Position numbers and translations under genes: made by a program. A stretch of DNA of 64,000 nucleotides from the NCBI GenBank assembly GCA_965216465.1, contig CBDCFW010000006.1:384001-448000 (forward strand), given 5' to 3'. This stretch comes from Bacteroidia bacterium. GTDB taxonomy: Bacteria > Bacteroidota > Bacteroidia > NS11-12g > UBA9320. The notes under the pieces are model-generated. The model was given only the letters and a program-made list of their open reading frames with translations, was not told the DNA's origin and searched no databases. Below are positions 22,706 through 32,830 of this stretch, piece after piece. Within the stretch, counting starts at the first letter, position 1, and the number at the start of each line of letters is the position of its first letter.

Positions 22706-23557
22706 ATGGGGGTTTGGGATAACATAAAGAGAGAGTTTGCACCTAGCAACTCAGCAATTCGGCAAATCTTAATTATCAATCTTGCCGTATTTATCTTTAT
22801 TATTTTGGTAAGATTCGTTGCTGCTTTAGGTGAATTTGATCCCAATTCATTACTGCAATACTTCTATTTACCTAGTAACCTATCTACCCTCGTAACGCGC
22901 CCTTGGACCATAGTAACTAACATATTCTTTCACCAAGGTTTTGGCCACATATTTTGGAATATGCTCTTGCTTTATTTTTTAGGCAGGATATTGGAAGACT
23001 TTCTTACTTCAAGCCAAGTCTGGAAGATTTTTATGTTTGGAGGTATTGTTGGGGGACTTTTGTACGTTGCAGCCTTTAATATATTCCCAGCATTCGAGGA
23101 AGTGGTTTCGTTTAAAGAATTATTAGGAGCTTCTGGTGGAGTAACCGCCATAATAGTAGCACTAGGAGTTCACCTTCCGTTTTACAACATTAGGCCCTTT
23201 GGTCTCTTCAGCATTCAAATGCGATGGGTTGCCCTATTCTTTGTATTTAGAGATTTATATACCTTCCCCATGAATCCAAACACGGGCGGATTGCTTGCCC
23301 ACTTAGGAGGGGCATTGTTTGGATTGTTCTTCATCTTAAATTTGCAGGGCAGAATAACCCTCCCTAAATTCAACTTTAGTTTAAAACCTAAACACAAAAT
23401 GAAGGTAGATGAGCGTTCATTTAGCAAACCCAAAAGAAGCAGCGACAAGAAGCCAAATCAGGATGAGATTGATGCTATTTTGGACAAGATCTCTCACAGC
23501 GGCTACAATAGCCTAACCGAAAAAGAAAAAGAGATCCTTTTTAAAGCAAGTGAATAG
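22706..23557 (+). CDS. Rhomboid protease with C-terminal DUF6576-like domain
   Basis: GASGG, AHLGG, IDAILDKISHSGYNSLT. Confidence 0.9.
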   Translation: MGVWDNIKREFAPSNSAIRQILIINLAVFIFIILVRFVAALGEFDPNSLLQYFYLPSNLSTLVTRPWTIVTNIFFHQGFGHIFWNMLLLYFLGRILEDFLTSSQVWKIFMFGGIVGGLLYVAAFNIFPAFEEVVSFKELLGASGGVTAIIVALGVHLPFYNIRPFGLFSIQMRWVALFFVFRDLYTFPMNPNTGGLLAHLGGALFGLFFILNLQGRITLPKFNFSLKPKHKMKVDERSFSKPKRSSDKKPNQDEIDAILDKISHSGYNSLTEKEKEILFKASE

Positions 23558-24598
23558 GTGAAGTCCTTCTTCAAAAAAATAACTGATATAATTAATGCTC
23601 TAGCCATATTTGGCTTATTGCTATGCTATATCTCACCTTTAATTGACCCCGTTGACTTCTGGCCAATCTCATTCTTTGGTTTGACTTATAAGTTCTGGTT
23701 TGCCCTTAACCTATTCTTACTCATTCTTTGGATCGTTTCAAAACGTAAGCGATGGATTTACAATTTCATTGTCTTGATATTAGGCTATCAGTTTGTTGCT
23801 CGAAATGTACAAATTAACGATGTAGTAAAAACCGATCAAGACATTAAAGTAATGTGCTTCAATAGCAATGTTCAACAGGTCTACAACAACGGTAATACGA
23901 CAGATCAAATCAACGCGAAAATTGCAGAGGAGAACTACGATGTGGTTATTCTCATCGAATGGTTGAATAAGAAAGGTAAAGTTGACAAGAAACTATATCC
24001 GCATCAACAATTTGTAAGGCTTAATGCCAAACACAATCCACATGATTATGGCATCTTGGTTGCATCTAAGTACAAGATTGTAAACTGGGAAAAAATCAAA
24101 TACAATCACCTCTCAAATAACTTATCTGCCTTTTTTGATATAGACATCAATGGTGAAATAGTTCGATTTGTAGGAACCCATCTGCAATCCAACTACCTTT
24201 CTTCGAAAGACTACCACACCATGATGAACGTTGAAACTGACGAAGAATATCGAAAATATGCGTGGGATGTTGTTTCAAAAATCCGAAAGGCAACACATCT
24301 AAGGTCAAGTCAAACCAAGAATGTAGTTGAAGTGGTTGATAACAGTCCCTACCCCGTAATTATTGCGGGAGATTTTAATGATACTCCGCAAAGTTACACC
24401 TACCAATCGCTGAAAGAAGGCCGTAAAGATGCCTTTATTGAGCGTGGAAATGGATGGGGAGCTACCTACCTCAAACCCATTCAACTTCTTCGTATTGACT
24501 ACATACTTTACGATAAAGAGTTAACTTGCACTTCTTACAAAGCTTCTAAAGAGATCAAGTCAGATCATAAAATGCTTGAAGCTAGTTTTAAATTTTAA
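23558..24598 (+). CDS. Endonuclease/exonuclease/phosphatase family membrane protein
   Basis: THLQS, GDFNDTP, RIDYI, SDH motifs; N-terminal TMs. Confidence 0.88.
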   Translation: MKSFFKKITDIINALAIFGLLLCYISPLIDPVDFWPISFFGLTYKFWFALNLFLLILWIVSKRKRWIYNFIVLILGYQFVARNVQINDVVKTDQDIKVMCFNSNVQQVYNNGNTTDQINAKIAEENYDVVILIEWLNKKGKVDKKLYPHQQFVRLNAKHNPHDYGILVASKYKIVNWEKIKYNHLSNNLSAFFDIDINGEIVRFVGTHLQSNYLSSKDYHTMMNVETDEEYRKYAWDVVSKIRKATHLRSSQTKNVVEVVDNSPYPVIIAGDFNDTPQSYTYQSLKEGRKDAFIERGNGWGATYLKPIQLLRIDYILYDKELTCTSYKASKEIKSDHKMLEASFKF

Positions 24599-24599
24599 T

Positions 24600-25244
24600 A
24601 TGGAATTTTTAGACAAAGAGCTTTCGGCCTATGCCGAAAATCATACATCACCAGAGTCTGCTCTGCTGGCCAATTTGAACCGCGACACCTATGCAAATGT
24701 GCTAATACCACGTATGCTAAGTGGCCATTTGCAAGGACGTGTTCTTAGCATGTTCTCCAAATTTATTCAGCCACGAAACATTCTTGAAATTGGTACCTAC
24801 ACCGGATATTCAGCTTTGTGCCTTGTAGAGGGATTAAAACCTGAAGGTAAACTGCACACCATAGATATTAATGAAGAATTAGAAACCCGAATTAGACGAT
24901 TCTTCGATCAATCAGCATACAAAGATCAAATTGAACTGCACATCGGTAACGCTCTTGAAATCGTACCGACTATTTCAGACCCTATTGATTTAGTATTTAT
25001 AGATGCCGACAAAGAGAACTACAGCAATTATTATAACCTCATTATAGATAGAATGGACTCTGGAGGAGTGATTATTGCCGATAACGTATTGTGGAGCGGA
25101 AAGGTGATCGACCCTAAGCAATTGGAAAAAGACCTAGAAACTAAAGAGCTAGACCAATTCAATAAAATGATTCAAAATGATGCTCGGGTGGAGAATATAT
25201 TAATGCCAATCCGTGACGGTTTGATGGTTGTACGCAAGAAGTAA
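24600..25244 (+). CDS. Class I SAM-dependent O-methyltransferase
   Basis: ILEIGTYTGYS, FIDADK, ADNVLWSG, RDGL. Confidence 0.9.
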   Translation: MEFLDKELSAYAENHTSPESALLANLNRDTYANVLIPRMLSGHLQGRVLSMFSKFIQPRNILEIGTYTGYSALCLVEGLKPEGKLHTIDINEELETRIRRFFDQSAYKDQIELHIGNALEIVPTISDPIDLVFIDADKENYSNYYNLIIDRMDSGGVIIADNVLWSGKVIDPKQLEKDLETKELDQFNKMIQNDARVENILMPIRDGLMVVRKK

Positions 25245-25993
25245 TGCGAAAACGGCTGAAACAATATCTCTACAAAGTCTTTAGCTCACGCATAAAAACC
25301 TTAACATGGTCGCATTTTTATCATGCAGACCGAGATGCACTTGCAGGTTTCAAACAACTTCATCCTGAAATTAATATTGCTAAGATCACTCCCCTCTGTA
25401 CCCTAATGAATAAAAATGGGTCAGACAAAGGAATAGGCTGGCATAACTACTCACGGTTTTATCATCATGCTTTTCAAAACCTCAAAATTGAAAACCTTTT
25501 TGAGCTAGGAATTGGAAGTACCAATTCAAAATATGGCAACAACATGGGGGCAAAGGGTAAGCCAGGAGCCTCGCTAAAGGCATGGAAGTCTTATCTGCCT
25601 TCGGCAAAAATATTTGGTGCCGATATTGACCCTGATACCGTCTTTTCAGAAGACCGAATTGAGACTTTTGTGTGCGATCAAACAAATATCGAGTCAATTG
25701 CTGCCATGTGGAGCCAACCAAGTGTTCCAAAAAGCTTTGAAGTGATTATCGATGATGGGCTTCATCAGTTTGATGCAAATAAAACATTCTTTGAAGCCAG
25801 TATTCAGAAGCTTTCTCCTGGAGGAATTTACGTTGTTGAAGACATTCAAAATGTCGAACTAGGACTCTGGAAACAGCTCATTGAAAACGACTATGTAAGC
25901 CGCTATCCAAACTTAATTTTTAGACTTTGCAGCCTTCCAAACCTATTTAATGCTCTAGATAATAACCTGCTGGTTATTTATTCAAATCGTTGA
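25244..25993 (+). CDS. SAM-dependent methyltransferase-like protein (sugar O-methyltransferase type)
   Basis: GSDK..HNY, FELGIG, GASLKAW, GADID, IIDDGLH, GGIYVVED. Confidence 0.7.
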   Translation: MRKRLKQYLYKVFSSRIKTLTWSHFYHADRDALAGFKQLHPEINIAKITPLCTLMNKNGSDKGIGWHNYSRFYHHAFQNLKIENLFELGIGSTNSKYGNNMGAKGKPGASLKAWKSYLPSAKIFGADIDPDTVFSEDRIETFVCDQTNIESIAAMWSQPSVPKSFEVIIDDGLHQFDANKTFFEASIQKLSPGGIYVVEDIQNVELGLWKQLIENDYVSRYPNLIFRLCSLPNLFNALDNNLLVIYSNR

Positions 25994-26936
25994 TTTTCAA
26001 CAATTTTGGTTGATTCTTTAAAACTTTAAGCATGTGTTCGTACTGCGGACCAAAAGAAAAGTGGCCTACTAAAACTTCTTCTGAAACTACAATTTGTTTG
26101 CACTCTCTGGCACAGTATTCAGCCACCTGAATTTCTTCTAGACCCAAATAGCCAGAAGGAGCGTCTCTGAAGTAGTCTATATCTTCCCAAAACCTTCTAG
26201 TAAACATCATCGCACCAATGCTAAATCGGTGAGGGCAAATGGTATAAGTCTCTCCATTTTTATAAAGTTTTTGAGCAGTTTCATCAATTGGGGTAATAAT
26301 ATTCCAAAGAAATTCCGCTGCTTCGCCATCTTCCCATGCAGGTAGGTCAACACACCGCGAAACAGCCTTCCCAAATTTTGCTTCATACTCATCGGTTTGA
26401 CTAAGAAGATGAAGAACACGGTGATAACTGTAGCCGTTAATGTTGATTAGTGGAGCGTAAAATCCTGCTTCATAAATTGAGTTCTTTTCAAAGCTATTTT
26501 TCATGTTGAGCATCCCTTCTACAAAATGCTCCGTGATTATAATATCTTCATCCAACTTAAAAATCAACTCCGCATTTGCGTGAGCTTGAATAGCGATGTT
26601 TTGGGCAATAGACAGTTTATTTTGATTGCAGAGGAGAATACTATAGTCCTTATTCCTTGCAATCTCTTCTAATTCAGCATGCTCATCAAAACCAGGACAA
26701 ACAATACAAATGTCAATCGAGTTAAGGATGAACGATTCAATACGTTCAAAGAAAGCAGGCCATAAGATTTGTTTGTAACCGCATACTAAGATTAGCATCT
26801 GATTCGATCCAGATTGTCGATTTTCAAATCGAAATTTCGACCTCACCCTTCTTCTTCGAGCAATTCTTTTAGGTTGCAAGAAGGGTAAATATTTGTGTTT
26901 CAGATGAATTATCCTTTTACGCATGAAAGATTGCAA
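25974..26936 (-). CDS. Putative glycosyltransferase (GT-A-like)
   Basis: IFKLDEDI DxD-like motif, SIGA, GHFSFGPQ; true start may be 26924. Confidence 0.55.
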   Translation of the reverse strand: MQSFMRKRIIHLKHKYLPFLQPKRIARRRRVRSKFRFENRQSGSNQMLILVCGYKQILWPAFFERIESFILNSIDICIVCPGFDEHAELEEIARNKDYSILLCNQNKLSIAQNIAIQAHANAELIFKLDEDIIITEHFVEGMLNMKNSFEKNSIYEAGFYAPLININGYSYHRVLHLLSQTDEYEAKFGKAVSRCVDLPAWEDGEAAEFLWNIITPIDETAQKLYKNGETYTICPHRFSIGAMMFTRRFWEDIDYFRDAPSGYLGLEEIQVAEYCARECKQIVVSEEVLVGHFSFGPQYEHMLKVLKNQPKLLKINDLNK

Positions 26937-26979
26937 ACATACAATTAGAAATATAGAAGCATTAGCCTAAATTTGCCCC

Positions 26980-27675
26980 ATGAAATTTGGTGTTGTAATT
27001 TTTCCAGGAAGCAACTGCGATCACGACTTAATCAATGTTTTAGAAAATGTAAGCGGTAACAAGGTTGAAGAACTTTGGCACAAAGACACAGACCTTAAAG
27101 GCTGTACGCATATTTTCCTTCCAGGTGGATTCTCTTATGGTGATTACCTAAGAAGCGGAGCAATTGCAAAGCTTTCTCCAATTATTGACTCTGTTGTAGA
27201 GCACGCTAATAACGGTGGATTTGTAATGGGGATTTGTAATGGTTTCCAAATTCTTTGTGAAAGCGGATTGTTACCAGGTGCTTTGTTACACAATGAAAAT
27301 CACGCATTCATTTGCAAAAATGTTCACCTAAAAGTGGAGAACACCAATACAGCAATTACGTCTGAGCTTACTGATAAAGCCGCGTACAAAATTCCTATTG
27401 CTCACGCAGAAGGAAGATACTATGCTGACGATGAAACTATCGCAAGACTAAAGGCGAACAATCAAATCCTTTTCAGATACGCAGACGAAAATGGTAATGT
27501 TTCAAGTGAGTTCAATCCAAATGGAGCGACAGATAATATCGCCGGTATTTGCAACGAAGGTTTCAATGTTTATGGAATGATGCCTCACCCAGAGCGTGCT
27601 GCAAGCGAAGATCTATTCAATACCGACGGCAGAGCATTCTTTACCGCCTTACTACAAGAAGAAGCTGTAAGTTAA
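26980..27675 (+). CDS. purQ: FGAM synthase glutaminase subunit
   Basis: FPGSNCD, PGGFSYGDYLR, GICNGFQIL, MPHPER. Confidence 0.97.
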   Translation: MKFGVVIFPGSNCDHDLINVLENVSGNKVEELWHKDTDLKGCTHIFLPGGFSYGDYLRSGAIAKLSPIIDSVVEHANNGGFVMGICNGFQILCESGLLPGALLHNENHAFICKNVHLKVENTNTAITSELTDKAAYKIPIAHAEGRYYADDETIARLKANNQILFRYADENGNVSSEFNPNGATDNIAGICNEGFNVYGMMPHPERAASEDLFNTDGRAFFTALLQEEAVS

Positions 27676-27687
27676 GACGCTTCGGTC

Positions 27688-28749
27688 TTAATTAAACGGA
27701 TCTGAATACTTAGGATGCGTTAGCAACTCATTATCCGTTAACGTATTTAGAAATGCGATTAGCGCTTTTTTCTCATGTGCGGTGATATTGAGGTCAAGGT
27801 TTTCATCAGCCATTCCTCTCAGTCTCCAATCCAAGTTTGGTGTTTCTTGAATTCCATGTGAGTAATGATCTAAAACATCATCAAGTGTTTCAAATCTACC
27901 ATCGTGCATATACGGTCCGGTAACTGCTATGTTTCTCAAGGTTGGCACTTTTGAGAATCCTCCTTCAAGACCGGTTTTTGAATCATCTGCTTCAAGGCCA
28001 ATGTTAGCAGCATCTCCACCAAAACCCCAGCTTTGGTTAAAGTTCATACCGCCATGGCAAGAAGCACATTGGTACTTTTGATGGAATAGTTCCAAACCTT
28101 CTGTTTCTAATGCAGTCAACTTAGCGTTGCCGTTATTGTAATCATCAAACTTAGTCTTATAAGAAACAAGCGATCCAACAAAGCTTGCTAAAGCTTCACC
28201 TGTGTTTTCTACTGTTACTTCGTCAGAACCAAAAGCATTGATGAATAACTGTTTGTAGTAAGGTTGCCCCATAATCTTTCCAAGTAAAAACTCCTCATCA
28301 TCAATTCCCATTTCAATATGGTTAGCAATCGGCATCATAACTTGTTCACTTAACACATGAGCTCTCCCGTCCCAGAAGTACGGATGCTGACCCATTTCAT
28401 TGGCTAACGCCATACTATGTCGGTCTGTAAGCTCCCCTAAAAAACCTTCGCTTAAGGCCACTCCATCTGCAAACCCTTTAGACTGCATGTGGCAAGAACC
28501 ACAAGAAGTATTGTTATTTATCGATAAGTTTCGGTCATAAAACAAGACTCTACCCAACTCTGCCTTAGCATTCGTTACATCTAAAAGATGCCCCTGCATT
28601 TGATATACAAAGTGGGGAACGTCATCATCAAATTCATATTCATAATTGCCTAAATTTATGGCTGTTCCTGTTCCGTTTTTAAGATTTTCCTTGCTGCATG
28701 CGAAAATCAATGTGGCGAGTAATCCAAAAAGAATAAGTTTTGTTTTCAT
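27688..28749 (-). CDS. Di-heme cytochrome c peroxidase/MauG family lipoprotein
   Basis: Two CxxCH motifs (CGSCH, CASCH), FWDGRA, PTLRNIAVTGPYMHDG; lipobox. Confidence 0.9.
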   Translation of the reverse strand: MKTKLILFGLLATLIFACSKENLKNGTGTAINLGNYEYEFDDDVPHFVYQMQGHLLDVTNAKAELGRVLFYDRNLSINNNTSCGSCHMQSKGFADGVALSEGFLGELTDRHSMALANEMGQHPYFWDGRAHVLSEQVMMPIANHIEMGIDDEEFLLGKIMGQPYYKQLFINAFGSDEVTVENTGEALASFVGSLVSYKTKFDDYNNGNAKLTALETEGLELFHQKYQCASCHGGMNFNQSWGFGGDAANIGLEADDSKTGLEGGFSKVPTLRNIAVTGPYMHDGRFETLDDVLDHYSHGIQETPNLDWRLRGMADENLDLNITAHEKKALIAFLNTLTDNELLTHPKYSDPFN

Positions 28750-28753
28750 GTGT

Positions 28754-29458
28754 TTAAAAGTTAAATGTTAAGTATATATCAACGGGTAAAGTAACCATCA
28801 AGTCTTTGTTAAAACTGTCAAAGACTCTATTGTCAAATGCATTTGGAAATCGTAACCTAAGTTCATCGGAAACACCTTCCCACTTCACTCCTTGTTGCAT
28901 TTCTTGATAGCGAGCGTATAAGCTTCCTTCAGTATATAAAGCAATTTTATCATTGATTTGGAATTGAATTCCACCAATAACTCCTGCACCATATGTCTGC
29001 ATGTTGTTCACCGAAACATTATGAAACTTGTTCATTTTAGTTCCATCCCAAATTTGCTGAACATTTCTTTGATGCATTAATTCATCACCGTAAATAAGGT
29101 CAGCACCATAAATAAAATCAAAACGCTTGCTGATTTTTTTACTCCAGGCATATCCTAATCTCAAATCAACATTTGAAGACTCTCGATCTATCGGACTGCC
29201 TTGAAATCGGTTATCATCTTCTCGAGTAATTTGAATATTCATCCCAAAACGAATACTTCCGGGACCAATTCTTCTGTTGTAGGTAATCCAATAAGGATTA
29301 GTAGAAACTACAGATCCTCCAAAACTGAGGTAGTTGCCTACAAAGCCTGTTGCGTTAATTCCTATAGAGTTGGATGAATTTTCAAGAAGCTGTGCTTTAG
29401 AATCTATGCTTGCACCAGCAAACATTAAAATCAGTAAGGTGTAAAGAGTTGTTTTCAT
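28754..29458 (-). CDS. Outer-membrane beta-barrel protein
   Basis: Signal peptide, beta-strand pattern, C-terminal Phe (YLTFNF). Confidence 0.65.
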   Translation of the reverse strand: MKTTLYTLLILMFAGASIDSKAQLLENSSNSIGINATGFVGNYLSFGGSVVSTNPYWITYNRRIGPGSIRFGMNIQITREDDNRFQGSPIDRESSNVDLRLGYAWSKKISKRFDFIYGADLIYGDELMHQRNVQQIWDGTKMNKFHNVSVNNMQTYGAGVIGGIQFQINDKIALYTEGSLYARYQEMQQGVKWEGVSDELRLRFPNAFDNRVFDSFNKDLMVTLPVDIYLTFNF

Positions 29459-29555
29459 TTAAGTTTCACCAAATATAGAAAGACTTATCTTAGAAAACCC
29501 TCCTCAAATTGTCATAATATACTAACGAGAATGTCGGTTTTGATCAAACTCCGGT

Positions 29556-30353
29556 TTAAAGCTTAATCATTTTCGCATTGCTTAGCGAGAAAAGTCCAAG
29601 GCCGTTTTCAATGTTATTCGGAAGTGGAGATGGCTCAGAAAATGGATTATTTGGTACGTAATCAATTAAACGTTTGCCATAATCGTAATGCGATTTATTA
29701 ATTTGACTGATGATTATAAAAACGTCTTGATTTGAGTTTTTATCCCACAAAAATGCATCTACACTGTGCTTCAACTTTCCATCCTTAGCATTCGAGTCGT
29801 CAAAGTATTCACCTTCTACGAACGACTTGATCATTTCTTGTTGACTGCTAATAAAAAATACTTCAAAGCGATAGAAGTTGTCTTGATTAGGATCATCGTC
29901 AAACTCCATTTTTACATTCATGCCATCTACAAACTCACCGGTTAAGTGTTCAACCTGATAAGTAAAGTTCGAAACGCTATCTGGCATGTATTCCATAGCA
30001 CTAATTTTTTCGCCTGTTTGTGTTGACACTTCAAGTCGGTAAGCCTCTCCAGGAACAAAATCATAACTGGTGTGTTGATAGCCTTCATCATCAATGAAAT
30101 TATAAATGTGGTGTAATGTGTCTTGGCTTCCAAGCACATAAATCGTCGCATTGCGTTCGGGTTCATACTCTGAACTCGGGGTAGATTCAAATACAGGCTT
30201 ACTGTAGGTTAAACTAACTGTGTTTCCCATATCTAAATTGCTATATCCACCATAAAACACAAGTTTCTTATCAATTTTAGGCACTTCTACATCAGTTATT
30301 ACGGTTTCACATCCCACCGAAAAAAGAAGCATTATCCAAATGAGTTTTTTCAT
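29556..30353 (-). CDS. DUF4249 family lipoprotein
   Basis: Lipobox GC, NFYR, PFSEP..NIENGLGLF; follows TonB receptor. Confidence 0.8.
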   Translation of the reverse strand: MKKLIWIMLLFSVGCETVITDVEVPKIDKKLVFYGGYSNLDMGNTVSLTYSKPVFESTPSSEYEPERNATIYVLGSQDTLHHIYNFIDDEGYQHTSYDFVPGEAYRLEVSTQTGEKISAMEYMPDSVSNFTYQVEHLTGEFVDGMNVKMEFDDDPNQDNFYRFEVFFISSQQEMIKSFVEGEYFDDSNAKDGKLKHSVDAFLWDKNSNQDVFIIISQINKSHYDYGKRLIDYVPNNPFSEPSPLPNNIENGLGLFSLSNAKMIKL

Positions 30354-30354
30354 C

Positions 30355-32718
30355 TTAGTTAAATTTAAAGTTATATGAAACTGAAGGTAAAACTGGGAAC
30401 AAGCTTATTTGCTTTAGTACCTGTGGAGACTCTGAATCCCATCGATCCTCATTGCCGATAAAATAGTAAAACGGATTCTTTCTATTGTACAAATTGTACG
30501 CACTAACCTCCCACGTTCGAATTCCCCTTTCTTTTTCTTTGCTAAACTGAACGCCTATATCAGCTCTGTGATAGGCCCTCATTCTAAAATCATTTCGGTC
30601 TGTATATTCGGACCCCGCAGGTGCCCAAATACCCATTGAAGGAATGGTGTTGTTGTGATTTGTTTGATAGCTGCTGAGCGGAAGTGTAATCGCATTTCCT
30701 GTACCGTACACCCATGTTGCCGAAGCTTTTATATGGTCATTTATCTTATATTGTAAAACTACGCTAGCGTCGTGGCGTCGATCGTATCGAGCATAAAACG
30801 GCTTTCCATTATTAAGTTCATCAAATTGCAGCTCTGTCCAACTGAGCGTATATCCAACCCAGCCTGTAAGTTGACCTTCTTTCTTTTGAAGCAATACTTC
30901 GGCTCCATAACTTGTACCTTTTCCAGTAGTAATGTTGTCTTCCCAAGAAATGGTCTCTGCACCTTCAGACGAGCTTTGTATACCTATAAATGAAGCACCT
31001 TCTTTGTACTGGATGATGTTATCCATTTTCTTATAATAACCTTCTACAGTAAGAGCTAGATTGTGCTTGGTAAAGTCTTTAGCAACTCCCCCTGCAATTT
31101 GTTGAGAGGCCTGTGGCTTAACAGTACTTGTAGCGGGCACCCATAAATCTGTTGGTAAGCCTACCCCACTGTTGCTCAATAAATGCACATATTGATTCAT
31201 GTTGGCGTAAGATGCCTTAATGGCCAAATCACTTCTTATGTTATAAGCTAAAGCTATACGAGGCTCGGGTTTAATATAGGTTAAACTGTCGGCTGTAAAT
31301 GTGCTCAGACGAACACCTAACAAAGACTTAAATCGTTTGCCAATCTTCCATTCATCTTCAATATACAATCCGCCTTCAACCGACTTATACAAAGTCTCTC
31401 TGTTTATATCCGAGTCGATAAAGGCATCCTGTAAAACCAATGCATCAGGAGTGAATCGATGATAAGTAAGCAACCCTCCAAATTTCACAGAATGTTTATT
31501 GCTAAAAAACCAATCAAAGTCCTGCTTCAAGGACCAATCTTTTATTCCTGACCCATACCGCAAACTAAACTGGGGCTGACCATTTTCTTCTTCTACAGCG
31601 TTTATTTCTAATCCATATTGACTGTAAATCAGTGCCGTATTCGAAAACAATTTAGGTCCATATAGGTGATTCCATCTCACCGTTCCTGTGGCATTTCCCC
31701 AACCAAACTTATTTGAAAATTTATACTCTTCTTCTTCGTATTTATATTCCTCATTTAGGTAGAACTTATCGCGGCCAAAGTACCCACTTACAAATATTTT
31801 GTTCTTATCATCAATCTCGTAATTGGCCTTGGCATTTAAATCGTAGAAGTAATAACCGAACGAGTTTCCATTATTAAAGGCTAGAATTAATGGCTGGGCA
31901 AGTGCGTCGATATAAGTTCTTCTTCCTGAAACGATAAAAGACCCCTTCCCTTTAGCAATTGGACCTTCAATCAAACCACGAGATGAGATTATTCCTACAC
32001 CCAATTCTCCGGTATACTTCTCTTTGTTTCCATCTTTCATGTTCATATCAATCACCGAAGAAAGACGACCACCATATCGAGCAGGGAAACCCCCTTTTAT
32101 CAACTCTACACTGCGCAAAGCATCTCCATTAAAAAGTGAAAAGAATCCAAATAAATGCTGAGCGTTATAAACCGTTGCTCCATCCAAAATAATCAAATTC
32201 TGATCAGGACCTCCACCTCTTACATATAACCCCGATTGGCCTTCACTTCCACTCTGCACACCAGGCATCAATTGCAATACTTTTAGTACGTCCTTTTCCC
32301 CTAGTAAAGCTGGAATTTCTTTGATGGTCTTAATTGGAACCTCTACAGTACTCATCTGCACTTCATCAGAATTGTGCTTTATGCGACTTCCTTTGACCAC
32401 CACTTCACCAATAGCATTGTCAGAAGACGACAAAAGCACATTCAACTTAGTATCTCCGCTAATCGTTACTTTTTTAGTGACTGTTTGATAGCCCACAAAG
32501 TTGTACTCTATATTGTATTCGCCTTCAGCAAGCTGCAAAGCGTAGTATCCATAATTATTGCTTACTGTACCTATTGAAGTTCCTTCAACAAAAACAACTA
32601 CCCCGATTAGCAATTCTTGGCTTCCCGCCTCCTTCACATAACCGGATAAAGTGTATTGATTTTGTGCCCATGCCGAAAGGCAAAAAAGGAACATTAAAAT
32701 TGAAGTTTTGATTCTCAT
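30355..32718 (-). CDS. TonB-dependent receptor
   Basis: CarboxypepD-like N-domain, plug VRGGGPDQNL, KGGFPARYGGRLSS, C-terminal YNFKF. Confidence 0.93.
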   Translation of the reverse strand: MRIKTSILMFLFCLSAWAQNQYTLSGYVKEAGSQELLIGVVVFVEGTSIGTVSNNYGYYALQLAEGEYNIEYNFVGYQTVTKKVTISGDTKLNVLLSSSDNAIGEVVVKGSRIKHNSDEVQMSTVEVPIKTIKEIPALLGEKDVLKVLQLMPGVQSGSEGQSGLYVRGGGPDQNLIILDGATVYNAQHLFGFFSLFNGDALRSVELIKGGFPARYGGRLSSVIDMNMKDGNKEKYTGELGVGIISSRGLIEGPIAKGKGSFIVSGRRTYIDALAQPLILAFNNGNSFGYYFYDLNAKANYEIDDKNKIFVSGYFGRDKFYLNEEYKYEEEEYKFSNKFGWGNATGTVRWNHLYGPKLFSNTALIYSQYGLEINAVEEENGQPQFSLRYGSGIKDWSLKQDFDWFFSNKHSVKFGGLLTYHRFTPDALVLQDAFIDSDINRETLYKSVEGGLYIEDEWKIGKRFKSLLGVRLSTFTADSLTYIKPEPRIALAYNIRSDLAIKASYANMNQYVHLLSNSGVGLPTDLWVPATSTVKPQASQQIAGGVAKDFTKHNLALTVEGYYKKMDNIIQYKEGASFIGIQSSSEGAETISWEDNITTGKGTSYGAEVLLQKKEGQLTGWVGYTLSWTELQFDELNNGKPFYARYDRRHDASVVLQYKINDHIKASATWVYGTGNAITLPLSSYQTNHNNTIPSMGIWAPAGSEYTDRNDFRMRAYHRADIGVQFSKEKERGIRTWEVSAYNLYNRKNPFYYFIGNEDRWDSESPQVLKQISLFPVLPSVSYNFKFN

Positions 32719-32830
32719 TCGTTACTGAGTTCGCACGTTAATTTGTAAAACTCTTAAACGCAATGGTATAAGAAATGTTACAGCTTGTTTGCAGTAAAAA
32801 CAAAGATGAACAAAAGATGACAGATCTCAA

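Noticed and set aside
19957-25244. mutL-rhomboid-rhomboid-EEP cluster as a novel system
   Set aside because: This is a common conserved gene order in Bacteroidota.
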